This document shows, piece after piece, positions 56,408 through 64,000 of a stretch of 64,000 nucleotides of DNA. Source of the stretch: a virus (lineage: Duplodnaviria > Caudoviricetes); the IMG/VR virus record IMGVR_UViG_3300032030_000015, positions 64,001 through 128,000 of that record. One strand, 5' to 3'. Both the position numbers and the translations under genes were made by a program. Each line of letters starts with the position of its first letter. Within the stretch, counting starts at the first letter, position 1. A model generated the notes under the pieces. The model saw only the letters and a list, made by a program, of their open reading frames with translations, did no database searches and had not been told where the DNA came from.

Positions 56408-58363
56408 TTACTTACCCTCCGTTGCCACCTCGCGGCAGTGCTCGTAGGTCATGTTCTCGCGGGTGATGCGCTTCTGCTTCTGCTTCGGAGCCTCGCCCGT
56501 GCCATTGTCCTGGGGGATGCCGGCGGCGGCGTCGGTCATCGGGGCTGGCTTGCCGGCGAGTTCCTTCACCTCGGCCTTCAGGTCGCTGACCTGCTTCTTC
56601 AGCTGGTCGATGAGTGCGTCCTTCTCCTCGATGCTCTTGTCGCGGGCAGCGATGGCGGCGTCGCGCTCGGCAATCGTGCCGTTGGCGGTCTCGATGTCCT
56701 TACGTGCCTGGTCGATGTCGGCCTGCAACTGCTCGGCAGTATTCTTCTGACCGTCCAGCGACTCCTTCAGGTCGGCAATCTCCTTGTCCTTGTCGGCAAT
56801 CATCTGCTCGGCGTTATGCAACGTCTCCTGAATCTTGTCGATGTCGGCCTCGGCGTTCTCGATGGTCTCCTGAGAGGCAGGCTCCTGGGCTGGCTCGGCA
56901 GCAGGCTCCTGAGCGCTTTCGTCCGAAGGCTCGGCGTTCTCGATGGTCTCCTGAGAGGCAGGCTGCTCTTCCTCGGTAGCGGGTGCTTCCTCGGCAGGCT
57001 TCTCTTCCTCTTCGGCGGGCTTCTCTTCCTCCTGTGCAGGCGCTTCCTCGGCGGGAGCCTCGGTGCCCTCCTGTGCAGGGGCTTCTTCACTGGCAGCTGG
57101 AGCTTCGGTTGCTGGTGCTTCCTCGGCGGCTGCTTCTGCGGCAGGCTGTTCTACCTGCTCGGCGGCTTGCTGCTCCTCGGCAGCTTCAGCGGCCTTCTTC
57201 TCTTCTTCTGTCATATTTTCCTTATTTTGGGGGTTTGCTACTTCTACTGTTTCAGGGCCGAAGAATCCCGGCACCTCCTTGGTAACATGTCCGTCATCGA
57301 CCATTCTCAGGTCGCCACGGCTTGTGGCGATGGCAGCCTTCTGCTGCTCAGTCAGCTTGGCCATCTCCTCGGGCTCCTCGCCCTCTGGCTTCTCCTCCGG
57401 TTCCTCCTTCGGCTCGGCGGTCACCAGTCGTGCTGCTGTCAGCGTCTCGTTAGCGAGTTCAAACACGCACTCGATGGCGCGGTTCATGTCGCCTATCTCA
57501 TCGACCAGAGCAGGGATAACCTCCTGCGCCTCGAACACCTTGCCCGTCAGCATGTCGGCGGTAACGAGCGGACGGTTCTCGCGCACCTCGTTATGGAACT
57601 CCTCGGTGTCCTTGTCGAGCTCAGCCTGCAGTTTCTCGTATTCTCCTGCGGCGGCCTCACGGTACCAGTCGTTCTTCTCGGGGCAGTCCTTGCCGACAAG
57701 TTCCACATAGCGGTAGCCGTCCTGGTCCACAGTGTCGTGGGCGACAGCCCAGAAAGCAGCCATCGTGCCGATACAGCCGAACTCATCCTTGGGATTCATC
57801 ACGATTACACGGTCGCAACGGCAGGCAAGGTTCACGCCGCTGGAGCAACACATGCCGTCCACGAAAGCCACGGTGGGCTTGCCCTTCTCGCGGCAGTCGG
57901 CAATCATCATCTCGTAGTCGTTACGACAGGAAGCCTGACCGCCAGGGGTGTTGATAAGGAACAGGTGTCCCACCACCTGCGGGATGGTATTGGCATACAT
58001 CACCTGGTCGCGGAAGTCCTTCGTGCCATACGAGCAGCCGTCGCCGTCGCGGGTCACGGGGCCGTCAACCACGACCACGTTGATGATCTCGTCGTCCTCC
58101 TGCAGTTCCTCGTCGTTCCAATACAGATGGCGCTCAATGCGGTGGATGTCGCCTACGTACAGCTTATCCTCGAAGTTGGCGCCAACGGTCTTGCCGTCCT
58201 TCTGGTAGCCCTTCTTCGACAGGAAGTAGCCGTGCTGCTTCTCGATGTCGTTGGGCAGATGCAGTTCGATGGCGTTCTTCAGCGCGTCGGCATACGTCTG
58301 TGCCAGGTCTGGGCGGAAGTCCCACACCTTATTGTGCATGATGTTTAATAATCCGATGTTCAT
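56408..58363 (-). CDS. S49-family prohead protease fused to acidic coiled-coil scaffold
   Basis: INTPGG, DGMCCSSG and GCIG S49 motifs; Glu/Ala/Pro-rich linker and heptads. Confidence 0.85.
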   Translation of the reverse strand: MNIGLLNIMHNKVWDFRPDLAQTYADALKNAIELHLPNDIEKQHGYFLSKKGYQKDGKTVGANFEDKLYVGDIHRIERHLYWNDEELQEDDEIINVVVVDGPVTRDGDGCSYGTKDFRDQVMYANTIPQVVGHLFLINTPGGQASCRNDYEMMIADCREKGKPTVAFVDGMCCSSGVNLACRCDRVIVMNPKDEFGCIGTMAAFWAVAHDTVDQDGYRYVELVGKDCPEKNDWYREAAAGEYEKLQAELDKDTEEFHNEVRENRPLVTADMLTGKVFEAQEVIPALVDEIGDMNRAIECVFELANETLTAARLVTAEPKEEPEEKPEGEEPEEMAKLTEQQKAAIATSRGDLRMVDDGHVTKEVPGFFGPETVEVANPQNKENMTEEEKKAAEAAEEQQAAEQVEQPAAEAAAEEAPATEAPAASEEAPAQEGTEAPAEEAPAQEEEKPAEEEEKPAEEAPATEEEQPASQETIENAEPSDESAQEPAAEPAQEPASQETIENAEADIDKIQETLHNAEQMIADKDKEIADLKESLDGQKNTAEQLQADIDQARKDIETANGTIAERDAAIAARDKSIEEKDALIDQLKKQVSDLKAEVKELAGKPAPMTDAAAGIPQDNGTGEAPKQKQKRITRENMTYEHCREVATEGK

Positions 58364-58391
58364 ATCTCTTCGTTTTTGTGTCTGTCTGTCC

Positions 58392-58427
58392 GCAATATAC
58401 GTAGCGGTGTTTCGGAAATCAAGGGCA
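58392..58427 (-). promoter_or_regulatory. late promoter motif copy 5
   Basis: TGCCCTTGATT-N17-TATATTGC. Confidence 0.78.
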
Positions 58428-58483
58428 GAGTGTGCAAGCACCTGATGGCGGCAGCAAATTCTTCACTCTTCACTCTTCACTTT

Positions 58484-59788
58484 TCACTTTCGTTCTGGCG
58501 TCCTGTGCGTAGCCGGGAATCCCGTAAACAGTTTGCGGCTGTTCTGTTCGCACTGCTGTCGGCAGCGGCGGCGCTGTGCCGCCTCGGCATTGGCTGCGTC
58601 CTGCTCGGCCTGCTGCTCGGCGGCCTTCACCTTTTTATATATGGGGCTGTCCACGGCTGCGTCGCCCAGCGCCTCCAGGTTCTCCTCGATGTACTCGCAC
58701 GCCATCGCCATCGCCTGCTGTGCGTCGGTCATCGAGTCGCGCCTTGCCAGTTTCTCCTCCTTCTGGAAGATGGCGGACGAACTGCGCGAACTGCTGCCCG
58801 CCAGCGACGTCGTGTGCGTGATGGTCGTCCGTCGGCTCTCCACGTAGAAGGCCAGCGCCGTCCTCAGCATCGAGAGCAGTTCAACCCCCTCCGTCTCCCC
58901 GATGGGAGAGGTTGTGGTTTGTTGAGAGTCCGTGGTGTCGGTGCCCTCCCCCTCGGGGGAGTCAGGAGAGGGGTTTCCCTCGTTGGCGTAGTCGATCACC
59001 GCCTTCAGCAGTTTCGCCCCTACCCTCGGCTTCAGATACGTATTCTGACAATAGCGTATGTCGTGAACCAAATCCACGAAAGTCATCCGGTCAATCTTGG
59101 TCCCGAGAAATTCCTTCAGCACCCTCGCCGTCTGGAAGAGCAGATCCTTGTGCAGGTAGAAGGCGTCCGCCTCCTGCCACTTCTCCGTGAACAGCCTGTC
59201 GCCCTTCGCGTCCGCTTCCAGGAATAGCAGCAGGTCGTCGATGGCGCGGCCCGCACTCATGTAGGCATCCTTCGTCGCCCGCTCCTTGTCCTTCTCGTCG
59301 GCAGGCTCGTATCCGTCGGCTGATATCTTGTTCATGCCGCCGCCTTCGTTGAACGAAACGGTCAGCAGCCCCGCCTTGTGCGAGAGCATCTTATAAAACT
59401 CTATCCTCTGGCAGATGCGCAGCAGCCGGATGGTCTTCAGGTCCTCCTTCGGCACGTCCACTTCCTCCTCGGGCATCGGCACACAGCCGCACGCCGCCGG
59501 CAGCACGCCCTGCTGTATCGCGTCCATCCTCTCGGTCACGTCGGCGTAGGGCAGTCCGGGGTCCTCCTTCGCCTTGCCTGTCGGCTTGATGGTCGTGGCG
59601 GTGATGTCTATGTAGGTCTCCCTCAGCCGCTCGTACTCCTGGCAGAGGTGCTCGTACAGCGCCGTGCCTAATAGCGGCTCCAGCGCCCCCCGTTCCTCCT
59701 CCTCCAGATAAGGTAGCAGTTCCGTCGGCTTGCTCCACCGCGAGGTAGGCATCACACTCACAATCTCGTTTTCTGTCCTTATAAACAT
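58484..59788 (-). CDS. DUF6712-like phage protein (putative head-tail connector)
   Basis: PYLEEEE...LEPLLG.ALY; duplicated YLKPRVG.KL. Confidence 0.55.
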   Translation of the reverse strand: MFIRTENEIVSVMPTSRWSKPTELLPYLEEEERGALEPLLGTALYEHLCQEYERLRETYIDITATTIKPTGKAKEDPGLPYADVTERMDAIQQGVLPAACGCVPMPEEEVDVPKEDLKTIRLLRICQRIEFYKMLSHKAGLLTVSFNEGGGMNKISADGYEPADEKDKERATKDAYMSAGRAIDDLLLFLEADAKGDRLFTEKWQEADAFYLHKDLLFQTARVLKEFLGTKIDRMTFVDLVHDIRYCQNTYLKPRVGAKLLKAVIDYANEGNPSPDSPEGEGTDTTDSQQTTTSPIGETEGVELLSMLRTALAFYVESRRTTITHTTSLAGSSSRSSSAIFQKEEKLARRDSMTDAQQAMAMACEYIEENLEALGDAAVDSPIYKKVKAAEQQAEQDAANAEAAQRRRCRQQCEQNSRKLFTGFPATHRTPERK

Positions 59789-59809
59789 ATTCGTCGTTGT
59801 TTCTTGTCT

Positions 59810-59845
59810 GCAATTTACATTTCCGCTTTCGCGGAATCAAGGGCA
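59810..59845 (-). promoter_or_regulatory. late promoter motif copy 6
   Basis: TGCCCTTGATT-N17-TAAATTGC. Confidence 0.78.
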
Positions 59846-59900
59846 GTGCGAGGCGATGGCCAATGTCAGTCCTGTAATCCTTGCGGTTTTGCCGCAAGGA

Positions 59901-62900
59901 TTACAGGTACTTCACCCCATGTCTTTTCGCCTCCTTCTGATACTTGTTCACCATGTTGGGTATGCCCTCCGGCCCCGTCCATATATTCTGTGCCACGATG
60001 GGCTTGTTGAGCCTTTCGAGCAGGGCCTCCTGCACGGCGGTGTTCCTGTCGAGCGAATCCTGCATGGCGGTGAGGTCGTCGAAGCCATCGGCTCCCTCCA
60101 TGCCGCTGCCGCTGATATCCTCGAAGTCATTGATATTACCCTCGGCGAAGGCACGCACTCCCCTACCCCTGCGGGTGGAGAATCCGCTGACGCGACCGCC
60201 GTTGTAGAGTGTCTGGATGGCCTGCCAGATGCCGGTGTCGTCAGTCTGCATCAGGCGGGTAGTGTGGGCGTCGATGATGGCCTCGCGGCCCTTCTCGCCT
60301 ACGAGGTGGAACTCGGGACCGTTGGTGATGTGCGTCTTGGCGTCCTTACCCATGTAGCGGGCGCGGTAGGTCTTGCCGTCGGCCCCGTCCACGTTGTACT
60401 GTCGCCCCGGCGTCAGCGAAGCCGGATCCGTAAACTCGTTCACGTTACCCTCGGCGTATGTCAGCATACCCGTAGCCAGTCGGCCGGCACCGACGCTGGC
60501 GCCGGTTACCTGTGCAATCTGGCTCTTGCTCTTGGCAATCTTCGACACGGCCAAGCCCATCAGACCGCCCAGCAAGCCTGTGAACAGCGCATACACGGGA
60601 ATGGCATACCAGCCCAACTGCGACCACAGTTTGCCCAGTACCGATGCAGAGTTGACGGCAGCCTCGCCGGTCATCGTCGAGAAGTCCACCGTCAGCATCG
60701 AGATAGCCGACTGTCCTGCCGCCTGCACAGCCATCATCTCGAACTTCTGCGTGGTCGAGAGGTTGTCGTTGCTCATCGTCTGATAGGCGATGCCGTACAT
60801 GTTGGCGGCGGCGGTCATCTTGGCGAAGGTGGCCTGCGTGCTTGCCTGCATCTTCTTGTTGGCATCGTCCTGGCCTTTCTTTAGCGCAGCCATATTGTCG
60901 AGCATCTTCTGCGTGGCGATGTCGCTCTGCTCCTGCCAGAACAGCATCGGATTGTCGCCCATACCCTCGATAAACTCCTGTGCCTGGTCGGGGGTAAGTC
61001 CTGACTCGATGCCAGCCGTTGCGCCTGCACCCGAAGCGCTGCCGTCGGTCGTGCCGCCGAGGTCGATATTGTCGAGCGCGTTTCCTGCCTTGGCTCCGGC
61101 TATCGCACCGCTCAGTCCCATCAGTGCCTCGGTGTTCTGCAGTGTGGCATCCGTGTTGGCATCCAGCGAAGCGTTTTGGAACATGGCATTCAGCCAGTCT
61201 GTTATCTGGTCGCTCATCTTCTGATTGATGTCATCCATCAACTTGCGCCATGCCTCGGCCTGGGCGTTCTGCTGCTCTATCTCATGCTCGCGCTCCAGTG
61301 CCTGGCGCTCGTCCAGGTATTCGTAGTGGGCGGTGGCGTCGCTGGTGCCGGCATTGTCGATGACGACGTAGGTCCCTGCGCCGGGGCCGCCCTTGCCGGT
61401 CAAGTCGAGTTTCGCCCGTTCGTTATAGTACTCCGCATCGCCGGCGTGGCTTGCCTCGAAGACGCCCTGGATGGAACTTGTCAGCAGGTCGGCCCACTCG
61501 CGCAACTCCTTATAGAGCCGTGCCTCAGACTCTTCCGTCTTGGCGATGATATCTTCCTGCAGTTTCAGTTCGTCGGTCTGCTCCTTGCGGGTGGCAAGGT
61601 TCAGCGCCATTTCGGCGTTCTGTGCCTGCATCCTCAGCTGACGGGCTTTCTCCGCGTCCGACTCCATCTCCGCCTCGCGTCGCAGCATATCTATCTTCTC
61701 CTTACCTATCTTATGCACCAGACTGTACTGATACTGCTGCATGGCCAGTTGCACCTTCAGCTGCTGGATGGCGAGCTTATCGGCGACGCGCTCGCTGGCT
61801 ACTCCTGCGCCGATGAGCGAGTTGGCTCTGCTCACGCGCCCCTCCTGAATGCCCAGCGCACCGATGGCCTGCTCGAAGGCGTCCTTGATGGTGGTCTTGC
61901 CGTCGCCGCCGGGCAGCAGTATGTTGCTCCACATGATGTCGGCCTGCTTCTTCAGTTCCGACGCCTCCTTCTTGATGGCATCCTGCACCTTCTCGAACAC
62001 GCGGTACACCTGGTGCATCAGCCTCTGCTGCGTCTGCGCGTCGCCGTCGATGGCGTCGGCCCACGCCTGCCAGCCGCGCTTTGCCATCTCACCCATCAGC
62101 TGCTCCCACGTCAGGCTGTAGCCCTTGGTCGACTGCTCCAGGATGAACATCGTGCGCTCTATCTCCTTCTCCATGGTGCGCTCCTCCTCCTTCTCGATGT
62201 CGGTCAGCAGCGCGTCCATCGTACCCAGGTTCTTGCGCAGTTCCTCGGTGATGCCCGCGTAGGGGTTCTCCTTGTTCACGATGGCCGTGATGTCCTTCAT
62301 GTGCTGCCCGATGGCGTTGCGCTGGCGCAGGAAACTCCTTTCGGCACCCAGTTCTATGTCGCCGTAGATGCGGTCCATGGCGGCCTTGTTCTTCTTGCCT
62401 GTCTCCTCGATGAGATGGTTTGTCTGTGCGATGTCGGCCTTGATGTAGGCGGTGGTCTCGCCCGTGCGCTCCGATATGATGCGGAAGATTTCGTCCTGTT
62501 CCTGCTGTACCACCTCGCCGCGACGCTTCGAGTACAGCAGTTGCAGTTCGGCGCGACGCTGCTGCCACTCGGCATCGTTGGCCAGCGTGCGGTTGCGTGC
62601 CTCTGCCTCGCTTATCTCCTGGTCGTTCTGTGCCTCCTGAATCTTCGCCTTCCGCTCGGTGTAGTAGGCGTCCAGTTCGTCCAGATAGTATTTCATCTCG
62701 TCATTTACCACGCGGCCCACACGCTTCCTCACCTTCTCCGGGTCCATCCAGTCGCCGGTGTTTGTCAGGTGCTTGGCGTGCAGCGCATCCTGTATCTTCA
62801 GGCGCTCCGTGTTATACCACTCTATGGCCTGCTCGGTGGTCTTGATGTTCTTGCGCACGGCATCCTTGATGAACCTTGCGTCCTCCGAGAGCACCGCCTG

Positions 62901-64000
62901 CACGTCGGCACCGTTGGCCAGTGCCTTCACGCGCTCCAGCATCTCCTTGCGGCGGGCCACCAGGTCGTTGCCGTTCCACTCCTTGTAGGGCGAGGTCACT
63001 TTGTTGTAGTCGCCGTAGGGATTCTTCCCTCCGCCGCCACCGCCGCCGCCGTTGCCTGACGAATAGTAAGAGCCCGCCTCCTTTACCAAAGCATCGCGCT
63101 GATCCTTGATGCCGTCGATGCGAGCCTGAGCGTCCTTTACGAAATTCTCGTAGGCTTCCTTCTCCTTGTCATTACTCAGGTCGTAGTAGTTTGGTGCGGC
63201 TGCAATCATGCCCTCCAGCGTGTCGGCCTGCTTCAACAGAGTGGCAGCCGCTTTCTTGCGGGCCTCTCCGGTCGCTGCCGCATACTTACCCTCCAGATCC
63301 ACATAGGTCTTCTCCGATTCCCGATATTGCTCTTTCAGTTCCTTCTGCGTATGCTTGCGGTCAACGGATGCTTCTACGTCAAACTGCATCTCAGTATCCT
63401 TTACCTTCTTCTGAACATCCAGGTATTCCTTCCTGTAGTCCATCACAAGGTTGCGAAGATAGGCACCATAGGCCGTGACCTTCTTCTTGCCGTTGCTCGT
63501 TGTCTCGTAGATGCTAAGACCCGCATCTGAAAGAACCTGCTCCACCTGCTGGGCGGTCAGTTTCTCGCCCTGTGCCATCGTGGTAATCTCGCGCAACAGT
63601 TCCGTACTGGCCTCCGTGTCGGTAGTCCACACCTCCTTGTTGCCGACCTTCACCTTCTTGCGCTTGGAAATGCCCAGCGCCTGGCTCAGTTCGCCGTACT
63701 TCTTGTCGCGCCCTTCGCCGTAGTTCTCTTCGATACGCCCCAGCGCAGCCTCCTTGCGCTTCAGCGTGATGGTCTCGCGCAGTTTGGCGTTAATCAGTTC
63801 GCGGGCGTTGGCCAGTTCGTTGGCCGACGATATCTCCGAAAGCATGAAGCCGAGATACTTACCATATATCTTATTGATGTTTTCAATGCTTGACTTGTGG
63901 GCATCGCTGGCTTTGCGCACGTCGTCCTCGGCCTTCTTCAAGTCCTCTTCGGCCTTTGCCAGCCGGTCGGCGCTTTCCTTCGATCCGTCCATCTGCTTCT
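59901..64000 (-). CDS. tail tape measure protein (5' end outside window)
   Basis: >1360 aa helical Ala/Glu-rich ORF, TM-like segment, C-terminal LVGEKGREAII motif; frame open at window edge. Confidence 0.8.
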   Translation of the reverse strand, partial: KQMDGSKESADRLAKAEEDLKKAEDDVRKASDAHKSSIENINKIYGKYLGFMLSEISSANELANARELINAKLRETITLKRKEAALGRIEENYGEGRDKKYGELSQALGISKRKKVKVGNKEVWTTDTEASTELLREITTMAQGEKLTAQQVEQVLSDAGLSIYETTSNGKKKVTAYGAYLRNLVMDYRKEYLDVQKKVKDTEMQFDVEASVDRKHTQKELKEQYRESEKTYVDLEGKYAAATGEARKKAAATLLKQADTLEGMIAAAPNYYDLSNDKEKEAYENFVKDAQARIDGIKDQRDALVKEAGSYYSSGNGGGGGGGGKNPYGDYNKVTSPYKEWNGNDLVARRKEMLERVKALANGADVQAVLSEDARFIKDAVRKNIKTTEQAIEWYNTERLKIQDALHAKHLTNTGDWMDPEKVRKRVGRVVNDEMKYYLDELDAYYTERKAKIQEAQNDQEISEAEARNRTLANDAEWQQRRAELQLLYSKRRGEVVQQEQDEIFRIISERTGETTAYIKADIAQTNHLIEETGKKNKAAMDRIYGDIELGAERSFLRQRNAIGQHMKDITAIVNKENPYAGITEELRKNLGTMDALLTDIEKEEERTMEKEIERTMFILEQSTKGYSLTWEQLMGEMAKRGWQAWADAIDGDAQTQQRLMHQVYRVFEKVQDAIKKEASELKKQADIMWSNILLPGGDGKTTIKDAFEQAIGALGIQEGRVSRANSLIGAGVASERVADKLAIQQLKVQLAMQQYQYSLVHKIGKEKIDMLRREAEMESDAEKARQLRMQAQNAEMALNLATRKEQTDELKLQEDIIAKTEESEARLYKELREWADLLTSSIQGVFEASHAGDAEYYNERAKLDLTGKGGPGAGTYVVIDNAGTSDATAHYEYLDERQALEREHEIEQQNAQAEAWRKLMDDINQKMSDQITDWLNAMFQNASLDANTDATLQNTEALMGLSGAIAGAKAGNALDNIDLGGTTDGSASGAGATAGIESGLTPDQAQEFIEGMGDNPMLFWQEQSDIATQKMLDNMAALKKGQDDANKKMQASTQATFAKMTAAANMYGIAYQTMSNDNLSTTQKFEMMAVQAAGQSAISMLTVDFSTMTGEAAVNSASVLGKLWSQLGWYAIPVYALFTGLLGGLMGLAVSKIAKSKSQIAQVTGASVGAGRLATGMLTYAEGNVNEFTDPASLTPGRQYNVDGADGKTYRARYMGKDAKTHITNGPEFHLVGEKGREAIIDAHTTRLMQTDDTGIWQAIQTLYNGGRVSGFSTRRGRGVRAFAEGNINDFEDISGSGMEGADGFDDLTAMQDSLDRNTAVQEALLERLNKPIVAQNIWTGPEGIPNMVNKYQKEAKRHGVKYL

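Noticed and set aside
58461-58490. TTCACTC heptamer microsatellite
   Set aside because: Short low-complexity intergenic repeat with no evident function

Overview
The whole window looks like part of a large temperate tailed phage or prophage of a Prevotella-like Bacteroidota host. Evidence: A-rich leaders without Shine-Dalgarno sites, TAnnTTTG promoters and Bacteroidota-type lipoproteins. Layout: (1) 1-11.5 kb (+): a DarB-like methyltransferase/SNF2 helicase, an array of small early ORFs with repeated leaders, and a FimB/Mfa2-like lipoprotein. (2) 11515-15556: an IS1595-family transposon (27-bp IRs, 8-bp TSD) carrying a HaeII-like type II RM system, inserted just after the start codon of a second lipoprotein gene. 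(3) 16.6-30.3 kb (-): early/replication operon with a 3'-5' exonuclease, IF-1, a primase-helicase, an HU-like protein and RtcB. (4) An immunity switch at about 30.3-31.1 kb. (5) 31.2-64 kb: tail, fibre, a Cys-rich accessory cassette, capsid, S49 protease and partial tape measure genes, preceded by six copies of a phage-specific promoter motif (TGCCCTTGATT-N17-TAnnTTGC). The standout is a ~450-nt closed ncRNA (27578-28027, -) with two tandem circularly permuted tRNA-like (YrlA/Y-RNA-like) domains. It lies between an unknown coiled-coil gene and rtcB, and no Ro60/TROVE gene is visible in the window. Integrase, terminase, portal and lysin were not seen. All protein assignments come from motif recognition by eye, with no database searches.
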